Source of the DNA: Psammoneis japonica
Taxonomy: Eukaryota
Assembly (NCBI GenBank): GCA_008632985.1
Contig: QPGO01000163.1
Span: 62,001-126,000, forward strand
Direction of reading: 5' to 3'
Length of the DNA: 64,000 nt
Of this stretch, positions 34,482 to 47,216 are shown piece after piece; the first letter of the stretch is position 1, and the number at the start of each line of letters is the position of its first letter. A model generated the notes under the pieces. That model did not search any database and had not been told where the DNA came from. It saw only the letters and a list, made by a program, of their open reading frames with translations. The position numbers and the translations under genes are program-made.

Positions 34482-37400
34482 ATGGCGCCAAGTGACCTGT
34501 CGGTCACCGGTCTGTTGCAAGACAACAATGATTCCAACCTCAAGGAGGCCGCATTTGAATCTCTCTTTGCCAATGGTTTTGGAGTGGTTGACCGCAACGA
34601 GCGCAGCCGTGTCAAAGCAACAATTGAGACGGTGAAATCCAAGGTTCAGTTTCACCGGGATTCAACTTATGACCCCTCTCCGAATTGGATCGCGCTTGCC
34701 CATGTGTGGCAAAAGCGCAAGGGCAGACCTCATTTTTTTGTAGAGCTGATGGCTGCGAGCCGCATTGTTGCAAAGGAACTTGGGTGCAGAGCTTGCTGCA
34801 CTTTCTTTCCTCAAAAGGATGGAGTCATTCCAATCAAGGCACCAAATTTCCTCATGCGTTGGAGCACTGCCGTGCTCCCAAAGCAGAGGATGTGAAAGTT
34901 GTTGGCGACAAGGCAAAATCAACAGACATTGCTACGAACATGATGGCCAAGATTTCCATGTTGTACAAGCTTCTCCATGATCCCGGATTGTGCGACCCAA
35001 AGGGAGAGCCACTTGTGAAGCACATCAAGCTGAGAAGTTTTGAAGGTGAGGTTTTGCGTTGCGCTCAATGCCTTCACATTGGTTCTTTGATTCTTCGCGA
35101 CAAGATTCTGCCACACGCACCTGAAAGGAATGGTGACTACACTCATTGGCTTTGCTCCCTGTTTGGCGAATGTGATGAGACATTGACTTGCATCAACTTT
35201 TTGGAGAATTTCCTGGCTCTCGGTCACTGCGAGACAACCAAAGACGAAAGCCCCATGTCCTTCCCTGAGTTCGTAAAGTCGTTGTTCCGCCAACACAAAA
35301 ACTCTTGGGAAAAGCCTCTGCGACTAGCGATGCTCAATGTCGAGCGTGAACAAATGTGTGCAAGACATGTTGATGAGACTCTTTTACGATGTGTGAAAAT
35401 CAATCGTGTGGTTTCTGTCGCTGACGATTCCGGCAAAAGCAAGGCCACAAGGGATCGGTTTGAGTCCATGTGGGAAGCCAGGCTTCGTGACTTTGCCACT
35501 CAGTGCAAGAAGAAAGAAATCGGCAATGCAATTCCCTCTGTTACGAAAAATGCTGGGAAGCAAAAAAACAAGAATGGCATGGATCCATCGCATCGTTTGA
35601 TTGATTGTTTGTCCTCCTCCTCTTGTCTCCAATTCTTTGATTCTTCTTGCCACCTCTTTAGCCGCCTCCCTTTGCTCCTCTAGCCCCAGTCTCAAAAACC
35701 CCAAACACGTTGCACCTTCTGACATTTCTCAGAACAAATCGCTGATTCTCCAAGATGCGCCGACTGTCGAGGAACAAACAGAACATTCCCGAACCAAGTG
35801 GCCGACCCTCGGCACCAGTGATCAGTCACCTCCTCCTCTGCCAGACAATTTCACAAAAGAAGAGCTTGATCAATTGTTTCCTGAACCTTCTCCATTCGCG
35901 ATTCCGGGCGAGGCAAAGGCACAACATTCTCGCCTTTTTGCATTTGAGCAAACACCCGCTTCCGGTTCCTTTGAGGGGAACTGTGCTGAGCACCAGTTGT
36001 TCCACAGCATCTCCGAGTTCCACTTGGTGAACCACCTCCACAAGTTTTTGCATGGATTTGAAAACGGCATGTCTCCCAATGATCCGACGCAAGAATCGAT
36101 GGTTGCAGTTGCTCACCCGACCCAGTCGACCTCTCATTTTTCCGAAGCGGTCACTCATTTGTGCTGCACAGACAAGATTTGTCAGAAATGCTTTTTTGGA
36201 TTGTGATTCAGTGTGTCGTCGACAGTCCGTCATGTGTTGGAACATGGCAAGGCAGATCACTCAAGGGATGGACCAGGATGCAAATTGCCCTGTCGGATGT
36301 GTTTTGGTTGTTGTGGCCAGAATTTTGAAGTCACAGAGGGTGAGTTAGCTGAAGTTGGACCTGCTCACAGGCCTGGTGCTGCATTTGGCAGGGATGATTG
36401 GGAGAAAATTCCCAAGGTTGTGCAGCCAATGATTGCCTCAATCTTGGATGCCGTGCAACTGTGCGAGGACAAAATGAATCTTGTTGCTCTGAAACTGATG
36501 CGTTCCTTCCATGACCCGTGCCGTGACAGTCTTTTCACGGCCGAGCTCCGTAAGATGGTTGGAGCCAAGCATTTTAGAAGGGAAGGCGTGGAAATTCAAG
36601 TGAAGTGCATCTCCTCGTCCGGTGGAAAAGCCGTGGATCCGAACACCGAGGCACACATTGACCAAGAGAATTGTGACAAGGATGGGTGCACTGCAACTTG
36701 TGCTCTTTGCACCACACTCCGAGATGCTGTTGGTTGCTCTTGGTCGATGAAGGTTGTCTCCGCATCCAAAGGCAAGGCTGGCAACTGCGTCAATTCGGTG
36801 CATGCACATGCCGAGTTCCGATCGCGTGTGCAAGGGCATTTTGCAAAACTTGATCTGTCACATGCAGCAGAAATGATGAGTTGCCGTGGCCCTTGTCATC
36901 CTCCCTGTGGAAAGCCAACCCACAGAAACATCAAAGATTTTTTCCTTGACCCTCACTCTGTGTGGGTTCAAGAGGAAATTGGCAAGCCCAATCTTCCGTC
37001 CGACACAGTTGAGCACCCCGTCATTGTCATGCGGAGGAAACGTCTTCCGTTTGCCATTGTGAAGGACTTTAATTTCTCGTGCGGTTGTTCGGCCATCCTT
37101 GATAACCTCGATGAGGTTGGTGCATGTGATTGCTTTTGTTGCGCGGTTGTGGGTGGGTGTCAAACCGGATTCTCCCGTTTTTGCCACTTGTTGTGCAACA
37201 CAGATGGTGTGCAACGTCCTTTTGAGGCTGGCGATCGTGTCCTGCACTGCTTCAGAGAAGCCACTGGGCTGTTTGGCAGCATTACGGGGGATTGCAACAA
37301 CCGATGCATGCAGAGCCCGGGACTCGATTTCGAGGAGGTTCATGTGGCAGAGTGCGGGACGAAACTTGACGGTGTGATGGACTTGATTGTCGGCGGACTG

Positions 37401-38687
37401 GTTGCCATCATCAACTGGATCAATGACAATGTGGGAAAGCCCAAGTTCAACCACAAGGCGATCGAGGATGTGTTTGAAAATGTGGTCCAAACATGGGATC
37501 ATGCCGGCACTGATCATGGAGAGTTCAGATGCATGAACTCAATGCAGATGTTGATGCTGTGTGGCACAGGGATCCATCCTCACCCTGACCTTCGCAATCT
37601 TGTCCATCTGGCGGTTTGGAGCGCATGAATGGGAGCCAGCCCCATTCGTGTCGATTGATGAAGTTCGACATGAACTTGAACGGCAAACAGAGGTCACTTT
37701 TTCATTGCAGTCACCTGCATTCCTTGTCATGTGTTGCTGACATTGTCATGTTGAATTCCCGTTCTAACAGGAAGAAGGCTGCCGGTGATTTGTTGTCATT
37801 CGCAATGAACCAAAGTGACAATTGCGAGGAGGAGTCAAATGACGAGGATTCCAAGGTTGAAGAGGACTCAAGCGAGTTGGGAGATTGTGTTGCAAGTGAC
37901 GAAACTAGCAGGGAAACACACAATGCACTGTGGTTGGGGATGACACGTCCGCTCAATGCAAGGCAGCTATCTTCTCAAGAATTGTGCTCTGAGAAGGGGG
38001 TGGCCTTAGTGTCGTCCGACCAACAGAGGCGAGACGAGGCACGCGCCATGGCATTTGAGGAATCTGACAAAACGGTTGCAAATGCAGTTCTAACAGTTTC
38101 TCTCCAAGACGGCCATCCAGATCTGCATTTAAATTGCAATGTGAAAGCAAGAGATTTCGTCAAGAGAGTCAAGTCGCACTTTGAGAAAATTGTTGATTTC
38201 GACAATCATGGGTTCGACCAAATCATGTTGGGCTGCTGCTGGATGCCAGATGGAGAGTGGTGCGACACTCGTTTTGGGAATGCTCCAGAATCTAATGGAC
38301 ATTCGCGGCTCACTCTCAAAAAAGAAAGAAGGGGGGGACACAGTGATTCCCTTTAATCTTGTGACCTTCATGCAGGTTGTCAAACAATGGGAGAAATTGT
38401 CTGCGGTTTTCGACATTTGCACAATGAACAGTGCTGTTGCAAAGGGCAGCGCAAGTCCATTCTTTGCAAGCAACCTCATTGCCCAAGAACAACGAGAAAG
38501 GTGGTTGGGAAAGCCTTCCGATCAGGAAGAAGCTTGTCTTGGAGTTTCAGAAGAAGACATCAGAACAAAAGCAGCGGAAAGTGTTCGTGTGGCACTGCTT
38601 CACGTGCACCGCAACGAATTGGCCAATTTGGAAAGGATCAAATTCTTCATGTTTGACAAAAAAGAGCCAGGAAATCACTGTGAGTGA
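34482..38687 (+). pseudogene. Large cargo ORF(s) of copy B with TET/JBP-like, HhH-like and methyltransferase-like segments
   Basis: ORFs 34685, 35601, 36213, 37616 and 38181, separated by single stops, frameshifts or probable introns. Confidence 0.6.
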
Positions 38688-38709
38688 ATGTCAGAATGAC
38701 ACACAAATC

Positions 38710-41700
38710 CTGTTTTAGAAACAAATCTGACCAACACTTCCTTCTGTCCTGTGTGGCCCAAACAAATGCAGCCTTTTCTTGCGCTTCTGCCAATCCTGGA
38801 TGTTCTTCATAAACCAAAACATTGTCACCAATTGCTTCGACAGGGACCACCCGCAACTTGGGTGAGTGCTGAGTCTTGTCAGGTGTAGAAAGCCAGTTGT
38901 TTCGTTTGTGATCAAGCTGCCAGCGACTGGCCAGCTCTGTTTGCTGAAACCTTTGCCTCATGGTTCTTTGGTCAGCCTGACAAGCAGTTGGATGCACCGC
39001 TGCAAAAATTGATCCGGTGTCTTCCTGTTGGAAGAAACACAGCAAACGGGAGGGAAACTGTTGATCGCCCTTTTGTGTCTCAAAGGACACACAGGCATGG
39101 TCATGCCATGGGCCTTCGCTTTTGTAATCTGGGTGTGCACGGCACGCATCCCTCCCGTTCGCATTGTAAAACTTGGTCTTACAAGTCAGATGTGTGTTTG
39201 CAATGTCTTCACCAACAAAATCCTCCCACTTTTCTGACATGAAGTTTAGCAACACAGGATGAACTTGGCAACGAGCATGTGAGCTGTTCCACTCAAACGC
39301 AACAGCAGCGCTCCGGCCGTCGCAGGTGAGAGTGAATGCACTTCCTCCGAGCGTGTGATTGTCCATCGTTGCACTGGGTGAATCCTTTTTCCCAGTTGGA
39401 AAAATCCAACTGTTGGCTGAAATTGCAGCGTTGAGCCTCATTTGGTCCTCGATGCGCGACACCACCTGATTCAGAAAACTTTCAAGGTTGCGCAGTTGTG
39501 CGGCAGATGATGGCAGCTTGAAAAAGTCTTTCAAGAGACATTCTCCCAAGCCTGCATCGAAGTTCATTGCATGTCAGCAACAACACAGAAACACTGGGAG
39601 ATGGAGTGTTTCATGAAGCTTTTGAAGCTTCCATCCGTGTCCTTCTGTTCGCGGGACAAATTGCACCATCCGGGCAATGAGGAAACGGATTTTCTTGTTT
39701 GTTCTCTGAACAGATGAACTGGGAGTTTTGCTGGTGATGGGTGGATCACCTGGCCTGTGCCATGAGTGGAAGACAAGCAGATCCTCGAGCAATTGAATGA
39801 ATTGCCGGACGCTGCAGTTGAGTGTTTTTCCCTTGCATTTTTTCTTGTTTTGGTTCTCGTCGCCATCCTCATTTTCGTCCTCGTAACCCTCTTCGGACAC
39901 CTCCGAACTGTCATCGTCAGAGTCAAAGTGCTCACCAGGTTGGCAGCAACTGTCAAAGTTTGCTTTGGGCATGTGTCGAATCTCTGGAACAATGGGTTCA
40001 TCTGCGTTGTCGTCAAGGAAGCATGACTCACACACCTTTCATCCCTCGCTGGTCAACAAGAGAAGGTAGAACACAAAAGCCATTCCCGCCCAGTGGTGAG
40101 AGTTGAGGAAGGTAAGCGACGTTGCTCCTCCTTTGAAGTCAGTTCGCAAAAAGGACGCTTTGCAAGTTGACCTGTGATTGCTGAAAATCCTTTCCACTGT
40201 GCTGTCCACCTCAGTTGCGACCAAAGGTGTCATGCTGTCTACGAATGAATTGATTGCCCTTTTCAGGGTGCCGCATTCAAACAGATGCATCATGTTGCTT
40301 GCTGTGGCAAGGGCAACGCCACATGGCTGTGCGCCAAAGTCGGCCTCCAAAAGACAGTTTGCAGGTGCGTTGTGTTGCTCAAGATGATGCAAGATGCCCA
40401 ACCAGTGCTTCCTTTCTTTGTCTGATCTCTTGTCGTTGTTGGCCTCAGTTTGCACTTGTTGGATGTCAAGTCCATGGACAGACTCACATTCAATCCATGG
40501 GTTGTCGAGTTTGTTGAAACCAGTGAGGCAAAACCGACAGCAACGTTGATGACAATTGTGACCTCCGCATCGGCCGACGAGACAGTCGCCGCTTTTTGCG
40601 TCTCCTGTGATCAGAAGGATCATTGGGATTACGAGGAGGTGGCGCATCTCATCCCCTCGTCACACGCATGTTTTCATGCCGCCTTTTCTCATTGCTTCCA
40701 AAAGTGGATCCAAAATGACACGCAAGCAAGTGTGGCAGTCTCTTGACGAGCGTCCCTTCTCCGCCTTGCGATTGTTTGAGAGACTCTTTGCAGCCAAAGA
40801 CGACATCTTTTCCAAATCAGGCAGACAACCAACTGGTTTCCAGACACTCTTGTCCGACCATTTGTTGAAGGCAACATGCGCAGAGATCATGATTGCTGGT
40901 TCTCTGCAATGTGATCCCATCCCTTGTGTCCTGCCGGTCTTGTCGACGTAAATGACAAGACACTCGAGAAATTGTTTCTCCGGGTCAGTTGTCCATTCTT
41001 CGCAACTACGCCTGCACCACTCACCCGCCAAAACGCACCTGTCATCCAGTCCCTTCGCTTTGTACTTCCCGAAAGGATTGTCTGGATAGGCGAGATTCTC
41101 TCTGCTGCACCACAGGTGAGGATCGAGCAAGCACTGTTCCCAAACCTTTGTGAAATCCCATCTTGGCACTGACACTCGTTTTGGCAAACCGGTTTTGAAA
41201 TTTTTGGTCTCCAGAGTGACAGGAATGGACTCGCTGGGTGGGAGAGGGAAATGATTGGATAAGGCATGCATCAACTCTTTTCTCCTTGGCAGAACTGCAC
41301 CAAGCTTGATGTTGCTGTTCCCAGTGTGCCTCTCAATGAAATCAACAATGTGATCGTACAATTCCAGGGGAGCACCACGGGTGTCCATGAGTTTCTTGCA
41401 CAACTCTGCGCACGCTCCGTCAACATTGGTCAAAGAGGGAGTAGAAGCCAAGGCCTCATCACGTGGAGCATGATGCCTGGAGCCCAAATGTTGGTCCTCA
41501 TCGTCAATGTCCTCTTCCTCCTCCATTGTCACGTCCAACACTGCAGCAAAGGATTGACCACCACCAACATCCAAATCGTTCATTGCCAAATGTTCATCTC
41601 CATTCGCACTGTGGTTTGATGAAATGGAGGAAAGGTCGTCCATTCCATGCGGCTCGTCATTCGGGTGGGGGAACAAGGGGCTGCCACTCCGATGACTCAT

Positions 41701-41955
41701 TGTAGATCTTGGGAATCTGCTGCGAGTGGAGCGCCTCGGACAGGATTCGTCATCGTCAGAGGACGATGAGGAAGAACCACCGCTTTTTTTGAGTGGCACC
41801 TCCATTGTGCTGGGAATGTTGCTTGGATCTGGGATCAGATCTTGGGTTTGCAACTCTTGGGCGACTGAGTGACACGTTGGTGAGAATCTCCAATGGCAGG
41901 CCATTCGCAAAAAACTTTTGCCACACCTGGGACAAAGAAGAGGGTTTCCATCCAT
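38710..41955 (-). pseudogene. Plavaka-like (CACTA/EnSpm-related) transposase of copy B
   Basis: LVIYVDKTG...EP, WKPVGCLPDL, ITGDAKSGDCLVGR...CCRFC, MMHLFECG, KLQKLHETLH, NFDAGLGE, RAHPDYKSEGPWHD; motif order matches Plavaka-type transposases as recalled. Confidence 0.78.
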
Positions 41956-42407
41956 TGTTGATCTCTGATGTTGACAGGGCCTTCATCCGGACTCATGCTC
42001 GTCATCCTTGTCTTGTGGATGAGAAGGAAAAAGAAGAACCACACACAAAAAATGGCGGGAAATTGGCAAACATCACATGATCTTCCAGATTGGTGTGATC
42101 ACCACAGGTGCGACGTGTCTGCAGTTTGATTTTTTTGTCTGGCACTCACAATGAACATTGTGCTTCTGAATCACTGTCGAAATGCAGGATGTTGCCTCCG
42201 TTGAAAAGCAATGACAGACACATCAAAAAGCAAGTTTGACCATTCATTGTTTTGCACACGTACATTTTCAAATTTCAAGGTCACTGACATTTCTTTGTGC
42301 AATGTTGTGGAGAAAAACAGAGTGGCTGGATGTCTCGACATGACCCAAACGACGGTTGCACACTCGAACAGCAACACTCCTCTCATTGTTGCCATGAAAA
42401 GATCAAG

Positions 42408-43733
42408 ATGTCGTCTCCAGCACCACCGGCAAAGAAGAGAAAGAAAAATGAGGCTGTCAAGCCGATGAGCCCGAGGCTTCAGGCAGTGTTGAAGAGAACA
42501 GGCACGCAGGCCACGCATGGTGCAATGAAATCAGAAGTAGAGAAGGTGGCTAGAAATGATCTCTTTCCGCAGGTGAAGTTTCTCAGTCCATCAGAATTGG
42601 CAAGCAATGGGGACGTCTCAATGTTTGTCAAGAAACAGATTGCTGGTGGCAATGTGGACACTGCAAATTGGTCAGGAACTTGGGAGGAATGGGCCAAAAA
42701 GGCGGTTAACAGGCAAATCAACAATTGCAGAAACACGGTGTGTTCGGCTGTTGGGGCGGAGGCAATGGCCCGCAAGTCAAGTGAACAACATGTGTGAGTC
42801 GAGAGTTGCGTGCATCTCACAAGAATGTGACTGTGATGCTTTGTCTTCACAGGCGTTGTCACTGAGAAAGAGGGAAAGGAAAAAGAAAAGAAACTCAAGG
42901 CGGCAAGGAGGAGAAAGCAAGGCAGCAGGACATGACTGTGATGCTTTATCTTCAAAGGCATTGTCACTGAGGAAGAGGGAAAGGAAAAAGAAAAGAAACT
43001 TAAGACGGCAAGGAGGAGAAAGCAAGGCAGGAAAAAGTCGAGCCGTGACAAGAATGAAGAAGAAGACATCCTGTTTGTGCCGACATGGGATCCGTTTGGC
43101 CCAGAGACCATCGCCGGCGGCAAACAAAGGAACAAGAAGGCATGCAAGTGGTTCTGTGATCACATCCTGCCTCATGCCAAGCAAAAGCAGGCATGGAGCA
43201 GCACCATCAAAACTGGGAATGCACAGGTGTCACAGTTGTTTGCGGTCGGTGACAAAGCTTTGGCGCTGTCAGCCATGGAGAATTGTTGGCAGGTGTGGGC
43301 GTGCAGGAATGAGGAGGAGGCGGTGAAAGAGTTGGGTGAGGAAATGGATCCCAAAGTAAAAAGGCCCAGGACACCTCAATGCATGAAGCCGAACAAACAA
43401 CGAGTGTCTTGGGGAGACAAAGGGATCAAAAAGTTCAATGAGTTCCACCAAGAGGTGACAAAAGATGGAGACTCCAAGGAGGGCAAGGAGTTTGAAAAGT
43501 GGCATGCGGAGATCAAAAAAAGCAAGTGCGACAAGTCCGGAGAAGCAAAGAAGAAGAAGAAGAAAGCACCGACCAGTGGCACGGAGAAGGTGAAGGCATT
43601 GAACAGCCCAACGGTGGAGAGCAACAGCAATGACAATGGTGACGAAGAGGAAGGCGCAAAAGGTGCAACGAATGATGAAGGAGAAGAGACTGACGAAACC
43701 AATTCTGATGATGATCCTTGGCTCAGTTTTTAA
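42408..43733 (+). pseudogene. Accessory ORF3 of copy B (splice donor mutated; ~100-bp tandem duplication near 42826-43030)
   Basis: Homologous to 19606-20895; the GTAAGT donor appears as GCAAGT at 42772. Confidence 0.65.
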
Positions 43734-45939
43734 GAGAGTTGTAGGAAGAAAATGTGTGTGTGGTTGACATGGCACTCAGTCATTGCACTACAAACATAAC
43801 AAGGGTTTGACTCAACCGAAGAAATGCTTTTCTCTTTTGGAACGATGTTTACAAAAATTGACAAACCGAGGATTGTGTCGCAATGCAATCATGTTTTGGC
43901 ACATGGCAATGAGGTGGAGGCAGGTGCAGTGATGTGGACACAGTGAAAAATGGCACACATGATTGTTGACAAATTGTTGCCACATGGGTGCAGCAAACTT
44001 GCAACCAGAGGTGGGCCAGTCACAATGTGACAAAAATTTGTCATCACATGTCAATTGACTGTCATTAAATAAATCCGGACATTGTTGACATTTCATGCCC
44101 TCTGATGGAGGAGCGAGGCCTTCTGTCGCAAGGCACTCAACAGAGTTCAGTTGCACACCAAATGTGTGGGCAATTTCTCCAAAAAACTGTTGAGCAGTGT
44201 AAAGGCAACATTTCTTCTGCTTCCTTCAATGAGTCTGCACTCTCATGCATCTGAACGCATTGTTTGAAATTCGAGAGACAACATTGGATCCAAAGAAGAA
44301 GGCTGACTGCTGACTCAACAGTCACAAAATTAAACATGGCATGTGGCGGGATCTTGAAGCTTGGTGTTCCTGTGAAATGTTCAAATCCTGCCTTGCGTGC
44401 ATCGCCCACTCATCCTTAAAACTTGGCGCACCCATGGCTGCCTGCCATCTCTCACAAGAACTGCATCCCAGGTTTTGCTTGACAAGACCGCAGCATCTGT
44501 TTGTTGTCCTGTAAAAAGAAGAGAACTTCTCATTGAACACATGTTTCATGCACAGGTAACATGTGGTGTTTACATCACTTTGCTTCATGTTTGCATCATA
44601 TTTTTTCAAGGAATTCCATCCATTCGAACCCTTTTATTTGCAGGGAACCCAGGCATGCACTTGTTCAGTGGTGTGGTGCACACCATTTGTGGTGTGATGA
44701 ATTTTTGGCTTGTGCGACACACCCACCAACCTTGTGGCAATCGGGGCATGGCTCAACCACTTTGCTCAAACCACACTGGTGACATCAACGTGGGGACGTG
44801 GGGCTCTTGTCTTTTTGGGGAATTGACAAAAGAAATGAACAGCGAGCTTCTGGGAGCTGCTGACAATTGTCAGCATGCGACACACTCATTTTCCCCCACC
44901 CAAGGGTGAAGGTGGAAAGAGGTTTTTAACATTTTCTGTGATCCAGTCACAGGACCAACCAGGAACTGCCAGCCTCTGGAAGCAGTTGGCAAAATTTGCA
45001 ATTGGCTCAAAGCGTGTCTCCACAAAATTTGTGTTTTGGCTCAGAAGTGTGATGGGATGTGAGGTTCTGGCAAATGGTCTCCATCTTGTTGCTCTGCTTT
45101 CAGCACAGGCAGCAAGAAAAAGGAGGCTTGAGAGAGGAGCAAAGCAAAGCTGCAGAAATGAAAGTGACAAATGAGAAGTCAGAAGCAGAGCTTGGGTTTG
45201 CTCCTCTGGCTCCTTTCAATGAACGCAAGCAATCTACAAAATGTGACTTCAATTTAACCACAGCCACAGCTGGAGGACATCTTGATGGATCAGTCAGCAG
45301 AGCTCCTCAGTTCAAAGATTTTGCAACAAGTCTAGAGGACTTGCAGAAAGGAACGGAGCCCTTGATTTCACAACTCACACAAGCGGCATTGTGCTCAGCT
45401 CTCCTGAGCAAGCATTCAACAAGCACAAGCTGGTTTTGGAGACATTGCGGGAGCTTTGCATTCTCAAGAGCAATGTGGAAAAAGCAGAGAAAAGGATGAG
45501 CATCTGAGCACTTTCTGTGGAGCCATGTCTGAGGAATTTTTTTGTCTTTGAGCAAAAAGTCTGCCAAATCTGATGCCACCACCTGATCTCACACCACTGT
45601 GTCCAAAGACATCATCAGATTTCCTCTGAATCACAAATTGGAAGAGGTGTCAGACAACAAGTGCCAAAGGGTTGCCAAGGCTCCTGCAGCAAAGAATGCC
45701 ACGAGCACCAACACAAACAACATGACAGCAACAACAGAATGCAAGGCATCAATGCATAAAAACAAGTGTCACTTTTCACAGCAACAACTGACTGTTGTGT
45801 CACTCACAATGTCAAACTGCAACTCCAAGGCTTTTGTGGTGATCAACAAAACACTTTTGTGCTGTCTGCACAAATGCTGCAATGATGCTGGTGGCGAGCT
45901 CACTGCTTTGCTTGACAGCTTTTTCTGCAGGTGACCAAA

Positions 45940-47036
45940 ACAATTTAGAATGGACCAGCACTGCTCCAATTGTTGTTGATTCTTGCTTCTTGATTTTCTG
46001 CTCCTTCTTTCCTCTGGCAACATGCACACACAACATTCAGTTGCACAGCACACCATTCCACAACAACCTTGATTTTTCCCATCACACAAGTGCGCCAATT
46101 TCTTGTCATTTTCCTTCCATTTTTAACTGCGCTCATCTTGTTTGCACATTGTGCCCAACGCATCCTCCCAGCACAGATGGACAGCAAAAGAGATCTTTTG
46201 ATGATGGTGTGATGGCATGGGAGGAGAACGCAAGATGCAAAATTCATGGTGCGTGTGTGACAAAAAAAGAGCATTCTTGCACTGACATGATGACAAATGA
46301 ATGACGTGTGAACAGGCATGTTGTCACAAACAAGTCTGCATGCTTGACATCTCCTGTGGCTCCCCAAGCCATCTAGAAAATTTGCTGGGTGGGGCAAGGG
46401 CCCATGGCATCTAGACATGGCTGCACTTTGTTGACACAAGAGCCCACACAATGGCGGATGCTCCCTCAGCTTGGCCACTGTCTCATTTGACAAGCTGCAC
46501 TTTCTGAGGTCATGCTGCACTTCTCTCCAGCCATGGCACAAGAGCAGCCACACTGCAGAAATTTGCTGCCTTTCTGCCTTTTCCCAAAACTTTTTCTGCA
46601 GGCATCTGCGCCTGCTTTTTGTTTTCAAATGTGCCTGCATGCTCTTGAGCTCATGTCCAAAGCTTGCTTGAAGTTCATTTTGGCACCCCAAATCCACCCT
46701 CTCTTTGACTCGGACATTTTGTAGTTCATTGTGAGCATGGCAAGAGACTGCAGAGCAAGCAGCTGTGTGCAAAACTTGCTGTGGCTCTTGTTGTGGTGCA
46801 AGGCACTCAAGTGCATTTTTTCTTTTTGGATTTTGCACAGCTGCTGCGTTGTGTTGGGTGGAAGTGTCGAGATGAGGTCTCAGAAGAGTGTGTGTTGATG
46901 AGTTGATGGTTTCATTGTTTGTCTGTCATGTTGCGTCGCCCGGTTTTTTTTTTGCTTGCTTTGAGTGAGAGTCTGTCGAACAGCAAAATCACCACGAAGT
47001 CTGTCCGTGCCTCACCTGGTGCGGAGGGACGCACCA
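45940..47036 (-). mobile_element. Relic related to the PHD-bearing element at 3360-4526
   Basis: 46040-46135 aligns with 3418-3516 (CDGKNQGCCGMV vs CDGKNHGCCGMV); ends in a 56-bp motif shared with 54423-54478. Confidence 0.5.
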
Positions 47037-47216
47037 TTGACTGTAACAACGACGATTTTGGAGATTGGGAGCCGCTCTTATGGTGTACAATGTACAAAAA
47101 ATCAATGGCTACGGTTACGAAGGTGGATAAACCACAAGCCTCGAAAATTCTCTCTCATTCTTCCCCCCTTTCTGTACGAACAGAGTCTCTTCCCAACCAC
47201 CGCAGCCAAATTGAGC

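Larger units (their letters stand above)
33391..44107. mobile_element. Plavaka/CACTA-like DNA transposon, copy B (10,717 bp, both ends present)
   Basis: TIRs CATCAGAGTGC / GCCCTCTGATG; 2-bp TSD GA at 33389-33390 and 44108-44109; interrupts the kinase pseudogene; four ORF regions. Confidence 0.92.

Noticed and set aside
35577..35683. Decayed intron (GCATGG...CTAG) that would fuse the first two cargo ORFs
   Set aside because: The obvious donor/acceptor pair does not restore the frame, so a single-gene model is unsupported.
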